NCBI GenBank assembly: GCA_964016885.1 | Contig: OZ024743.1 | Location: forward strand, 96,782,001 to 96,846,000 | Direction of reading: 5' to 3' | DNA: 64,000 nt | Origin: Eledone cirrhosa | Taxonomy: Eukaryota | In this document: piece by piece, positions 27,097 to 43,305 of the stretch | Position numbering within the stretch: position 1 is the stretch's first letter | Layout: each line of letters starts with the position of its first letter | Translations under genes and position numbers: made by a program | Notes under the pieces: model-generated | Databases searched by the model: none | What the model saw: only the letters and a program-made list of their open reading frames with translations | What the model was told of the DNA's origin: nothing

Positions 27097-30000
27097 CATG
27101 ATGATGATAAGCATGTGTCTGTATGCCCATGTTTATGTTTATGTCTGTATCCCATAACTTAGTGGTTTAACAAAAAATGGATCAATAAGTACCAGACTTG
27201 AAAGAAATCAATCACTGGGGGAGATATGATTGACTAATCAAGGTTGTGCCCCAGCGTGGCCACATGCTGATGAGTGAAACCAATAAAAGAGTATAATTTC
27301 TTTCCTTTGTATTTTTGATTCCCACACACACAACACACATGAACATATACACACACATATATATACACACATATACACACATATACACACACACATAAAT
27401 ACACACACGCACACACATGAACACATACACACACATATTTTTATCTTGCATATTTGACAAATGTGAAATATTTTCTTGTTTTTCTTGGATATTTTGGAAG
27501 TGAGTTTTCTATGTTAAATTTGTAGTCAAATGTTATTCCTAGAATAATGGATTTCTTTGTATGAAGGTATTAGTTTATTGTTTATGTGAAGTATACTTTC
27601 CCTTTGTCTATTATAGATTTTCTATCTGTTTGATGTTTTAATTATTTGTTGTCCACCAATTCTAGCAGTAAAACTATCAACATCTGAATACTTTATTGGC
27701 TAAATAAAAGACGAGAAATTGCTATCATCTTCAGTGGTTTTTATCAACTAACAATTGCCTGAAGACACTATGTTTTAATACTTTTTCCTGTAGAGCACCT
27801 CAAGTTTTTGAAGTTCTTTACATAAACAAATCAGAGACTTGATAATAGTACTCATTGGAAATTTTAAACATTTCTTGGATTATGTTTCTATCTTTACAAG
27901 TTACAATCAATGTAGAGCAGTCTTTAGCATCTCAATGATGCAGCATCATCATTATCACTGTTTTAAATATTTTCCATGCCGGCATGGATTTGACAAGTTA
28001 TGTTCTGAGACAGTTCAGATGACCTCGTCTTACACATATGTTCTAGTTTTCTCTTCCTGATGCCAACCACTTTAAAATATGTACTGGGTGCATTTTATCA
28101 TGACACCAGCACTATTATATTATAAAATGCGCCCATGTATGACCAGGAAAAACTATAGAATAATATGTATTCAAACCAAGTCTCTAGTTTGATGTAATCT
28201 TCCACCAATTTCCCTGAAAATCTTTATATTATTCTATAGTTTTTCCTGAGCACACATAGGTGCATTTTATCCAAAGCTACCAGTTTACAGAGTGCACTGG
28301 ATGAATTTTATAGTGGCACAAACACTAGCACTTTACAGAGTGGGCTGGGGTAAGTTACAAATATATACAGACATAACCACTGAGAAATTACTGGTGCTAC
28401 GTAAAATATAAACCAAATTACATGCAGTACAGAATCTATTCTATACTCGTGTGGGATTATTGGCTGTCATCACTTGTTTCTTCAGCTCCATGGGCTGATA
28501 GATAAATTACCAGTTAAGTGCAGTCGTTTTTATAGCTTTTGTTCCAGCTCTTTGTATTTTGAGTTCAACTCCTGTTGTGGCTTACTTGGGTAGTAAACAT
28601 AATCCATCATATGGTTTAACACCACCACATTTTCCTTGGCTGCTTTTAATTGAGTCTACTGTGTGATAAGTGTTCAAACCAAGGTCTCTAGTTTGATGGT
28701 ATCCTCCACCAGTGTCAGAGTCCCTGAAATCTTGATATTATCCTATAGTTTTTCCTGGCCATACATATTTATATCTAGCTAGCTTTTGATGTTCAGTCCA
28801 TTAAAAATGTTAGTGCTATCTATACTATTGTTTTTTTTTATGCTGGTGGTGTTTCTGAGTAATTTATTCTCTAAGAAAGTTTGGTTTTCTATGCCAACCA
28901 ATAGAGTTCATTATTGTGAATCTCCTATCACTTCTTCCACAAGTGCAATAAAGCAAATCCTTCACCGATACTGTCATAATATGACTAAAACATGTCTGGA
29001 GTTGTCTCCCATACCGGTTGAAGTAATTAAAATAGTGTTAATGAATGACAAACATTTTTTCCTAACTACCTAGTTATTTTTAGTTAGCATTTAAATGGTT
29101 CTTGCATTAAATTTGTTAAAACTAACGTAAAAGGTAGCTTGTAATTCATTTGCTTATCGTTTTGTCTTTGTATGCATTCTTGTTTTCCTGTAATGAATGC
29201 ATATTGACTGCTTTGAATGCTCTTGAATAACTGCTATTGTTCTTGGTGGGAAGTTGTTTCTGAGAAAGCTATAACTTGAGTTGATGAGTGTCCAAGAACT
29301 GTTTTGTGTTATTTTTTGCAGACATTTGCAAATCATTATTGGGGTTCTGAAGAACACTAATTGCATTTTGCTTCCTGGTAGGATTCAATACAATAATCTA
29401 GTGTTTACAAATTTGTTAGAGAAATGTGCAATTCATTTATTCTAGAGCCAAGCTTAGATTTAAAGATTGGATTTCAAAATCATACCATGGTTAATTTATT
29501 TAGATTAAATAAAATTGTGTTTTGTAAAACTTTATGAAACTTATAGATCAAATAAATACCCTTTATTTCCATTCACCACACAAATAAGAAAACAATTACA
29601 GCATACTACTCAATACAAAACAGCTAGATTGGAAAAATATTACTTCACAATACATCTTATTACACAATACATATATTATATAGAATTCCCTGCGAAAATA
29701 GGCAATTAATTAAGGGAGTGTTACTTATATCACAGCGCAATACTAAAATATTACACGACTAATGACATTTAAATCTAAATATCAAAATTTATATCACATT
29801 CGTTTGTTGTAAAAAAAAAAAGGCAGCACAGAAGACGATCATACTTAATATCCTGAAGATGAAACTGTGAAAGTTTAGAAGATAGATTTCACAACTATAT
29901 TGGTCCAAATGCTTGTCTAAAATACATGTCTAAAAGAAAATATGTTCCCCATATATTTGAATATGTGTTTATGTATGTGTGTGGATAATGACAGTCAGAA

Positions 30001-33000
30001 TATGTAAAGAAAAAAATGCATTCACACTCCTTAAAAGAATAGGGAAATTTAGCATTTCTGTATTAACATTTTTGAGGCAACTTGAAACACTTGCTTCATT
30101 ATCATGCCAGATTGCAAAACAGAGATGCTGGAATAGTCAAGCACCCTCATGAGCATCATCTTAAAAGACAAGATGCCAGTAATTACAAAAACTCCATTTT
30201 CAATGGGCTTGTTCTCTCAAATACCTTGGCACAGGTTGAAAAATATTAGTCACTGACATTGAAATTGGATTAAGGACGTTAATATCAACTCTATACTCAG
30301 ATTCTGATTACATTGTTTTAGGTAAGTACTGTAACACAGTATCAGTTCTGATGTAGTATTAACATTCTCTCTGTATTAAAGATATTTCTACTATTGGAAT
30401 TGCTAATATAGTTAATGGAGTGGCTGATACAGTTGAGTTGCAAACCATTTGCCATTTTGCCTCCAGAGTGCACCTGAGATATACTGCCTAGCCAGAGGTG
30501 TAGAATCTGTCACTCCCTTCCCCCTTCTTTTTTGCTATTATTTTTTTCTCTTTCTTCCTGTATTTGTGGAATAGTTAAATAAACCGTAACTCTGTTACTC
30601 TATTACGTGTTCCAGCTGACAGGCTGAGGCCATGCTGGAACACATTGACGATTTATTAAAATTAGTAAATAAAATTAATAAAAAATATTTTTAGCTGTCA
30701 TAGAGGACTATATTTGAACTGTATGGCCTATCACTAGTTAATAACATCAGATTGGTGCCATAGCCTACTGGTAACAGGCTACTTGCAATGTGTCTAGTTA
30801 TTGACTGTTCATTAAAAAACTAATCATTATGATAAGGAGATTGCATGGTTTATACTTTAGTTTCCCTTACTTTATGCCATGCTGATCAATAATTTATTTT
30901 TATTTTTAATCTTACACCTATGTTTTTCAATATTTAATTTTTTAACGTAGCCTAAACTATTTAAACTTGAGAAATCTTCAGCATCCTCACCAACACTGCC
31001 ATCACCAACACACCAACTGTTGGTGATGGCACTGTTACCATCATCTTCATCACCATCATTGCCACCACCACCACTGTTGCCACTTCCACTGCAGCCATTA
31101 TCGTCTTCATCTTCACTTTACATTAATGTTTTTCAAACTGACATGGGTTGAATGAGTTTCCCAATACACTATTGTAGTCTGATTCATCTGGCACATGCAG
31201 CAACAGAAACAAAAAACTAGTTGACTTTGTTGTGTATGTCTTACAGTGCCAACCAGATTCATTGTATTACACTACCAGCACTAGGAATGTTGTCTGCTGT
31301 AGGAAAAAAGTGTCCCCTTTACCATGTATCAATTCTTATTCAGAATTAATGCACTTCTACACAGTAGTCTGTGATCCAGCTTACAGAGTCAAAATCTCCT
31401 TTCAACGTTTCACACACACAAATGCATACATATGGAGGCTTTTATGGTCAAAGACAATGTCTGAATGTCAGGATATTAATTAGAAAAAATTAGGCTCACT
31501 ACATTTTAGAAAATATGGATTATTCTTTTGACAAAAAACATGCATGAAAGGTGCTTTAAATCAATGTAGAATGATCAATATTAATTTGTATGATGTTTCC
31601 AAGAGAAAAGGCTTTGCCCATAGCTTATGGTGGCTTTTCTAAAGTAGAAACTTCAAATTGATTGCAACTAATAACATTTTGTTTGAACATTAAATGTTAG
31701 TAATTGGAAGCAAGATATAGGCAAGATTGCCTAAGGGGAAATGGTGGGTTATGTATAAACATAGCATTAGATAAAGAGGTAGAAATGTAAATGAAGTATT
31801 TAGTTTTAAGCTGGGGTGGATGGGGCCAGGTTAGTGGTGAGAGCAGCAAATGTTGTATAAATAGTAGAAGAGGTGAAGGAAACATAATTATTTTGAATAG
31901 ATCAAACAATGAGGATGTGAGAGAAGTTTACTAATCAATTCAGTGATTTAGTTGAAGTTGCTTTTGAAATGACAACAATAGTATTGTAATATCCTGCAAA
32001 ACTAATTATTTCTTTTGACCTGAAAACTAAATCACATTTCTTAAATCAGCTTCAGTATATTACTGGTTGTAACATTACCAAACTCTGAGTGAAATCAAAT
32101 CAATCAGAAAAGAAATTTGACTAAAAGAGAGGCACACTTTTTTCTTTTCTTTTATTTTTTGCTATCAATTTTCTAGCTAAATTTTCTATCATCTTAATTA
32201 TCAACAAGAAGAATTTCAAACTATTTTCCATGCCAAAGCAAGGTTTATCTTTGAAAAGCTTCATATCCATCTTGGGATCTTTTTTGAGGCAATGTTTTAT
32301 GGCCAGGCGCTCTTCCTGGTGCCAACACATTTAGCCAGCCGTTATTATTTTAACCATCTCCAAAATAATATTTGAACCTTAATTTTTTCCTGTCTGTTTC
32401 CAATTTCCACTACTTATATTATCCTTCATATAATCTTTGTAAAAGATATTAAACATGTTATTTTCTATATCTAGAAATAAATAAGAATAAAGCCACCAAA
32501 ATATTGTAAATAAGGATTGATACCAACTCTGTTGCTTAGTAAAAAACAAAAATAATGATATAAACTAATAATAAAAACAATATGTAGACTCTCCTATTAT
32601 AAAACAGAGGCTAATTCCATGTCCATTTTAATTGTTTTTTTCTCTTATTTTTACACCTTATGTATTCCCAGACACTTCGACAAGCCTATCTAATCCACAC
32701 AGGCTTTAGAAAAACAGATGTTAATATGTCAAAACCACTACTAATAATAATGATAACGATTTTCCTTTCAGAATATTTTCATTATATGTATTATATTTTT
32801 TCTTATAAATGCTTATTGTGAAAGCTAATTTCCTTGTCAATATATTGATTCTAAACAGATTTTGTGTTCTCAATCAACAGACCTATGTAACATGCCTTTT
32901 ACTATACTACTGATTCATTGCGAATTGAATTTAGACGAGCCATTTGTTATCATTTCTTTCAGATGCATTTGATATTTATGTTGGCCACACTTGATCTTTG

Positions 33001-33566
33001 TAGCAACATAGAATATATTTCAAGTTGTTAATGTATTTTTTTTTTATCAGATGGTTTTGATACAGAAATTCTATAGTGATTGAATTTATGTTTTGGAAAA
33101 GTCCAACATAATAATAAAGTAATAATTAATATTGTCAATTCTATATGGGAATGTTTTGTTTATCTTTCTCTCATAAAATACAGCATTAACTTGAAAAACT
33201 GTAGAACAGTCTCAAAAGTATTCATAATATATGTGTGTGTGTGTGTCTATATTGTAAAACTCTAGTTAACTCAAGCCAAAAAGTTTTTTTGGTTCATCAC
33301 CAAAAACCATCATCATTGTTATTATTATTTTCATGTCTGTCTTCCATTTTATCAATTGTTTAGCTGACACCAAATCCAGGATCGGATATATTGGGTGGGG
33401 GCGTAATATACTAGGCCCCTTTGTTAAACAAGCCCCCTCCCCACCCTCACCCTCACTGAACAGAACCCATTTGATGAGCAAGGCCCCATTTCAAACAGAG
33501 CTCCTGCTATCTTTTAAGAACAGAGCTAGTGTTGGGTCTTGATCATAAACATAATTTTATCTTTAA

Positions 33567-33780
33567 TCCTTTAAGCCGGCCATATCCAGCCAGAATTCTC
33601 TCACCTCTTTCTGTTGAAACTGGCTGTAACTGGCCGCTCATACTTACATTAAGGTATTGTTCTCAAAATAAGTAACATCAAAATCCTGTACATTCGATAC
33701 TATGTGAAATGATTATGTAAGATAAAACCTTTACTGTGAAAATACAATATTAAATATAGAATAATGTAAATGCTAAAGGG
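33567..33780. mobile_element. piggyBac-type MITE (family 1)
   Basis: TTAA flanks, right TIR TAAATGCTAAAGGG, internal homology to 5241-5451. Confidence 0.75.
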
Positions 33781-34034
33781 TTAAGAGAGTATGTTTTTAA
33801 AAATGTATTTCATGTTACAATTGTTCCAATTTATCAAAATTTCTCTACTTTCACAACATGAAAACAAACAAAAGAACTCTAAATCCATTCCTGACCAACC
33901 CCTGCCTTATTTTTGGTATTGTATGTCCATTGCCGACTTTTCTGACTGAAATGCAACATTACAAGACACACTGTTTATGTGGAACATAACCAACTGGTTT
34001 TTATAAGAAGTGTTGCTATGATGTTTGCAGTGAC

Positions 34035-34078
<44 letters not shown>

Positions 34079-34482
34079 GGGATATGTATAGGGATGCAGT
34101 TGCAGTTTGGAAGCAGGATGGAGGACTGAATAAAGTTTCGTAAGGTGGTTCTGTTATCATTTAATTTCTGACTGACCCTGATTCAGATGACATATTATCA
34201 AAGACTTTATAGCTCTGATTATCCTGTCTTTTGAGAATATCTATAACTACTTTATCTAATGTTTATTTCCATTTTAAATACAGTGTGGTGATTTGGCTCC
34301 TATTTTTAGACATGTGCATCCATTATGGATGAACATATCTGGAATACTCAACCACTTTGTTATCTAAGGATAATGATAATATAAAGAAGAATAAGTAATG
34401 AATTGGGTGCTTCTGCTCATATGGGTCATTTACACTATACTTAATTGACCTATATTCCTCATTAGAGTTTCTAGCAGTTTAA

Positions 34483-34696
34483 TCCTTTAGTATTTACATT
34501 ACTTTGTATATACTGTTGTATTTTTGTGGTGAAGGCTTTATCTTACATAATTATCTCACATAGTATCGAATCTATGAGATTTTGATGTCATTCATTTTGA
34601 GAACAATATCTTAACATCCGTATGAGTTGGCAGTTATGGCTGGTTTGAACAGAAAGAGGTGAGAGAATCCTGGCTGGATATGGCAGGTTTAAATGG
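34483..34696. mobile_element. piggyBac-type MITE (family 1), inverted relative to the 33567 copy
   Basis: TTAA flanks and reverse-complement homology to 33567-33780. Confidence 0.72.
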
Positions 34697-35712
34697 TTAA
34701 GATAGCATTATTGTGTGTGTGTGTGGGGGGGGGGGTTACCTTCATCATTAACCCTTTTGATAGCTGCCTTTAAAATGGACAAAAGTTGTTCATTTGAAAC
34801 TGTTTATATTTAACTAAATTCCTTTATATGAAGGATAAAGGAATTTAGTTAAATATAAACAGTTAAGGAGGACATTAGTTATATTACTAAATCTCTTGAA
34901 AGGCTTGATTATTTTCAAAATTATGTCAAAAGCATAGACATTATTTTTCATTAGGAACATGGTAATGAAAAGGTTAACTTTGCCTAATGTAAGTAGGTCT
35001 TTGTTGTTTGCATAATCCTGGTTGATTATTTCTCTATGTTCAGGCTGAGAAATATTAACTCTGACCCTACATTTCTTTGAGCTCTCCTGTCTCAACAAAC
35101 TAAAAATCAATTGAAATCAATTATTATTATATTATGAACCAATGGTTTTAAGCTTTAAGATAAAAGAACAGATTTCTATTCACAGTAAGAACTTTCTCAT
35201 AATAGAATCAATGACACAAATTACTTCCTAGCAATAACTTATTACAGTATTACTAACTTCTATTACAGAGTTGAATTGATACGTATCAGGCTCAGTGTTA
35301 AACGAATGTATAACTACAGTATAGTTTGAAAACCAAAAGTGTAATTTTTAAGGTAATTTTATTACATCAATTGTTAAGAAAATCAGAAAGTTACACTTCG
35401 TAAATATTGGCAATGATGAAAACATGGATTATGATGGCCTGACCAAATCATACCAGTATAGAAAATGAATGTAAAGGGATGATGGTGCCTTACAGTATTT
35501 ATTCTGGCTCCCTGCATTCTAATTAAAGTTCAAATTCCAGTGAGATCAACTTTGGCTTTTCTCCTCTTGGGGTTGATAAATAAAGTACCACATTAGAGAA
35601 GTGGAGTGAGAGAGTTATTTGAGTATTGGATAGAATGCTTTGCACTATTTGTTTCAGCTCTTTGTGTTCATTGTGTAAATGTAAAGCTATATGTATGTAT
35701 AAAGTATAATTT

Positions 35713-35760
<48 letters not shown>

Positions 35761-36573
35761 ATACTTGGGGAGGGTCATATTGTTGTAATAATATTGCCAG
35801 AAATAATAACAGAACACACTCACTGTTTGGTTGGTTTTCGCTTCTGTATCTTTTATATCTCCACAGTTAATTCATTCGGTCCTCAATGTTTACCATTGAT
35901 TGACCAACGGTCAAAAATACAGATAATATAGATATAAACACATATAGTCTAACAAAGTTCTTTCATGGCACATCTGCAACATCATCAGTGGTGCTATTAT
36001 GTTCTTCCTGTTGTATTGTATGTCTACGCCATTTTTATTTATTTATATATATATAACCCATGCTAGCGTGGAAAATGGATATTATATATATATATATATT
36101 AGTGGTTTAGAGCATTGGCCTTGCAATCGAAAGGTTGTGAGTTCAATTCTCAGACCGGGTGATGTGTTGTTTCCTTGAGCAAGACACTTTATTTCACATT
36201 GCTCCAGTTTACTCAGCTGTAGAAATGAGATGATAGGGACTGAGGTCCCTATCATTCCACTGTAAAGTGGACAAGTAGGCGCCACGGCAAAAAAGCACCC
36301 AGCACTCACTGTAAATGAGTTGGTGTGAGGAAGGGCATCCAGCTGTAGAAATCAAGCCAGAATCAGTTCCCGTCCCACCCTTGCAAGCAGGGAAAAGCGG
36401 ACGTAAAATGATGATGATGATGATGATAACTAAAGATTAATATGGTTCATTGATTACTCAATGAATATAGTTTTACAATAGATTAAAAGCACTCTACAAA
36501 GAAGTTTTCTGACTGCCAATACTGGAATTGAACCATCAAGACCGTTGAGGTATGTCATACATCAATTCATGTA

Positions 36574-36635
36574 TTTTATCTGATGAGAACGTACTGAAAA
36601 AATACCACAGTACCTTCAAAATATATATAATAAAA
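36574..36635 (+). ncRNA. Degenerate hammerhead ribozyme (G12->A)
   Basis: UUUUAU-CUGAUGA-GAAcGUACUG...CAGUACcUUC-AAAA-UAUAUA-UA|AUAAAA. All stems form but GAAA reads AAAA. Confidence 0.65.
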
Positions 36636-36741
36636 CATATATTTTGATTATGTGAATGTCTTCATTTATTAATATTCTTAATAATATATATATATATATA
36701 TAACCCATGCTGGCATGGAAAATGGATATTAAACGATGATG

Positions 36742-36786
<45 letters not shown>

Positions 36787-37305
36787 GGGTACAAGCTGAA
36801 GCATATAGACAATATGCCCCTACCCTCTCCCACTGCAAAGTTGTCGTGGAGGTGCCAAGGCAAAGAAGCACCCAGCCCACACTGTAAAGTGGACGTGTAG
36901 GCACCACGAAAAAGCACCCAGCACTCACTGTAAATGAGATTGGTGTTAGGAAGGGCATCAGCTGTAGAAATCAAGCCAAATCAGTTCCTGTATGAGCAAG
37001 GCATGGTCAGCCGACCAGACACTGCCCACAACAGGACAACCCATCTAACCCATGCTAGCGTGGAAGAATGGACGTAAAACGGTGATGATGATGATGATGA
37101 TAATGAGTCTTTTTACTCTGGACTTTCACCTGTTTATCACAGGTTCTCTATTACTCCATTATGTGTTCCAGCTAACAGGCTAAGGCCATGGTGGGGCACT
37201 TCCATTGGGTCATCAGACTATAACAATTTAGACCTAATAAAATAAATATCTAAACTCTACTTCAATATTGAGTACTCTTTTCTCTCAGCCATCAACCCCA
37301 TACAG

Positions 37306-37371
<66 letters not shown>

Positions 37372-37380
37372 ACATATATC

Positions 37381-37411
<31 letters not shown>

Positions 37412-37660
37412 AAATAGTTCTACCCAAAGCTGTCTGGATGTTAATAGTTATCATAATCGGTTTGTAATTCTTAATTTATCCTTTTAATTGAGTCTTGCAA
37501 ACCGTATTATCTTTAGTTAGTATTTTCTTCACCCTGCGGTTTACATTCCTTGTGATTTGAACGCATGTATGTATATATCTGTATTTGTCTCTCTTTATTA
37601 TATATATGTATATATATATATACATGTTTGTATATATATGTATACTTACATATATATATA

Positions 37661-39091
37661 AAGGTTGGTGTTCATCAGGGCTCCGTCCTTAGCCCCCTCC
37701 TATTTATTATTGCCCTTCAGGCTATAACAGAGGAGTTCAAGACCGGCTGCTCATGGGAACTCCTATACGCAGATGATCTAACGCTCATAGCTGAATCAAT
37801 GGCCGAACTAGAGAAGAAATTCCAAATATGGAAGCATGGCCTAGAATCAAAAGGCCTTAAAATTAACCTGTCTAAGACTAAAGTACTAGTTTGTAGGAAG
37901 GAAAATAGGGCACCAGTCCCACCTGGGAAATGGCCATGCTCAGTTGTAGGAAAGGAGTAGGCAGAAACTCCATTTTATGTCCCAAATGCAAAGTATGGGT
38001 GCATAAAAGATGTAGTGGGATCACAGGTAAGTTAACTAAGAATATAGATTTTATATGTGGCCAGTGCTCTGGTGCAATAAGTAGCAGCAAGTGCCCACAA
38101 AATACTAGCTCATTCCATTGCACAGATGGTTCTATAGAAATAGTGGACACCTTCCATTACCTGGATGACAAAATCAGCAGTGGGGGAGGGTGCTCTGAAA
38201 GTACAGTAGCTAGAGTCAGAACGGGATGGAAAAAGTTCAGAGAGCTTATACCACTATTGGCCGCTAAAGGGTTCTCACTAAAAATGAAAGGCAGGCTGTA
38301 TGATGCCTGCATACGAACAGCAATGTTACATGGCAGTGAGACCTGGGCATTATGTGCAGAGGATATACACAGACTGGAGAGGAACGAAGCATGGATGCTC
38401 CGCTGGATGTGTAATAGTAATATACATGAACGGCAAAGCATAAACGAACTAAGGGAGAAATTAGGAATAAGAGGGATCAGATGCTGTTTACTTGAGAGAA
38501 GACTATGTTGGTACGGTTACGTAATGCGCATGAAAGATGACAGCTGTATAAAAAAGTGCAGGGCGATAAAAATAGTAGGCAGACCAGAAAAACCTGGGAC
38601 GACTTGCTAAATTCCGACCTCACACACATACACCTCTCCATGACAATGTCACTGGACCGAGATCTTTGGCGATACACAGTAATACAGAAAACCCGCCTTG
38701 CCTAAGTACAAAGCAAAACCTACAGTCAGTAGGCACCTCTAACAAAAATACACCCCGTCCCACTACCCCCACCCCATCCACACCGCCCCCTTTCAATGTA
38801 AAGTTATGTTGGTACCACAACATCCAGGCCGAAACAAATGAGGTCGTGTAGGTGTCACGACAAAAAACACACAGTCCACGCTGTAATGTGGCCGTGTAGG
38901 TAACACGGTAAAAACCTCCCAGTCCACACTGTAAACGTGGTTGATGTTAGGAAGGGCATCCAGCCGTAGAAAACCCGCCAGACAGTCCTATACGAGCACG
39001 ACAACCAATCTTGCCTCAAGTGGGAAAATTCCCGTCCAAACCCATGCTAGCGTGGAAGATGGACGTTAAACGATGATGATGATGATGATGA
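37661..39091 (+). mobile_element. 5'-truncated RTE-like LINE (RT C-terminal half, Cys/His finger insert, 3' region and (GAT)n tail)
   Basis: GVHQGSVLSPLLF and LYADDL RT motifs, a frameshift near 37940, then KGRLYDACIRTAMLHGSETW and RRLCWYGYVMR. Ends in GGACGTTAAACGATGATGAT. Confidence 0.92.
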
Positions 39092-39423
39092 TATATATAT
39101 ATATGTATTTATATATATATCTTCCCTTGCAAGCAGGGAAAATCAGATGTAAAATGAAATGAATATACCCATATATATATGTATATGAACATACATATTC
39201 ATATGTATGTCTGAATATGCGTGTGTTTGTCAAATTTTACTATTACATCCTTCATTGCTCATTATATCTTCTGATGAAGGACTAGTGTCCAAAACGTTAA
39301 AACACTTTTCCTATTAATTCAAGTGTTAAACTAATTTATTTCTTCATTGTACTGTGTCATTTAATTTGTTATTTCTGTTTATGTTTTACATGCATTCATA
39401 CATACATATTATATATATATATA

Positions 39424-41572
<2,149 letters not shown>

Positions 41573-43246
41573 TATATACATACATACACATTATATATAT
41601 ATATATATATATATATAAGTATGTAGACATACATACATATATGTATACAGACGTACAGTAGTATGCATATATATATACATACATGCACACATATATATAT
41701 GTACGTATGGATTCACCGAACATTTATTATAATGCTCGGTGTTTGTAAACAAACATCCCGAATTAAGCCGTACAGTGTCTAGCAACCACGTTGCTCGTTT
41801 GTTCAACACTAGTTTCAAGCTTATTAGCTATCGTCAGCAACGTATACCTTCCTGCCAGATCGTTGAACGTATATACTTACCTTATGCTGAGTAGCCCAAT
41901 TTGCATATCGAGTGGGTCAATCGGCCGGCTGCACCGAAAACGATAAACGGAAAAAATGAAACGAATATATATATATATAACTAATAAGCTTGAAACTAGT
42001 ACAGCGTTCCTTTGTCAGTGTTGAATAAATGAGCAACGATGGTTGCTAGACACTATACAGCTTAATTCGGGATGTTTGTTTGCAAACACACCGAGCATTA
42101 TAATAAATGTTCGGTGAATCCATACTTACATATATATATGTGTGCATGTATGTATATATATACATACTACTGTACGTCTGTATACACATATGTATGTGTA
42201 CATACTTATATTTAAGTAACAGCCGTACTAAGAGTGGGAAATGAAATTTCGTTTCATTTTTTCCGTTTATATATATATATATATATACTATATTTTCATT
42301 TATATATCATCATCATCATCATTTCATTTTACGTCCCCTTTTCCCTGCTTGCAAGGGTGGGACGGCAACTGATTCTGGCTTGATTTCTACAGTTGGATGC
42401 CCTTCCTAACACCAACCTCATTTACAGTGAGTGCTGGGTGCTTTTTTTCCGTGGCGCCTACACGTCCACTTTACAGTGTGGGCTGGGTGCTTTTTTGCCA
42501 TGGCACCTCCACCACCACTCTACAGAGGAATGATATGGACCCCAGTCCCTATCATCTCATTTCTACAGCTCAGTCAACTATCTAAAAGTTTTGTTTTTTT
42601 ATATCTAAATTCGAAATTACCTGCCCTTGAATAACTCTTGTATATTTTTAAAAGACCTCCAATCTTGACCCTTCTTGGTATGGTTTCTACAGCAGGATGC
42701 TCTTCTATCAACCACCTTACCGAGTGTGGTGGGTGCATTTATTATAGCACTAACCTTAGTGTGGGTGTTGATCATTTATTCAGCTAAAGTGGCCTCACTA
42801 GACAAAGAAGGACTGGGAGCAACAGGGATGATAAGTATGGAGTCATGGGTGTATGACATGTAGAGGAGCAGTGGGATTTAACGGTATAAATGGGATGGGG
42901 TAGCTTCTGATGGTGTGGCAGATGCTGTGATCAGAACTACTAAGGTGTTCACCCTGGTTAGTGTGGGTGTTAAAGTGCAAGAGGGTTGGTGTGGTGATCC
43001 TGGAGATAGTGTAGGGGTGGGTGTGTACAGAAATGGTAAGAATAACACTTAAGGAGTGATAGTAAAGGGAAAGGTATGGCTTAGTTCCAATGATGCTGAG
43101 GGTAGCTACTATGGAGTGATAGTGGAACAGGCGAGGAATAGATGGCCATCTATGAGAAAACAACACCATACTTCAGGACAGGGCATATCAAAGAACCAAA
43201 ATAACGGAGGTAAACTTTGTTCCATCATTTTTCTGTTCAAGTTCTA

Positions 43247-43305
43247 GCTGTCTGATGAGGTCATAGCTGTTGAATAATGGTTATCACCGAAATATATATA
43301 ACAGC
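43247..43305 (+). ncRNA. Minimal type I hammerhead ribozyme (Penelope-like element type), intact core
   Basis: GCUGU-CUGAUGA-[stem II 43259-43288]-GAAA-UAUAUA-UA|ACAGC. Stem I is 5 bp, extendable with UUC/GAA past a 2-nt bulge. Stem II has 12 pairs plus one C.C mismatch. Stem III is palindromic and the cleavage triplet is AUA. Confidence 0.8.

Noticed and set aside
29848-29902. Hammerhead-like CTGAAGA motif
   Set aside because: No GAAA box in the required position and only marginal stems.
37565-38610. Host protein-coding gene suggested by the 131-aa and 226-aa ORFs
   Set aside because: These are frameshifted pieces of a 5'-truncated RTE reverse transcriptase, and the N-terminus is microsatellite.
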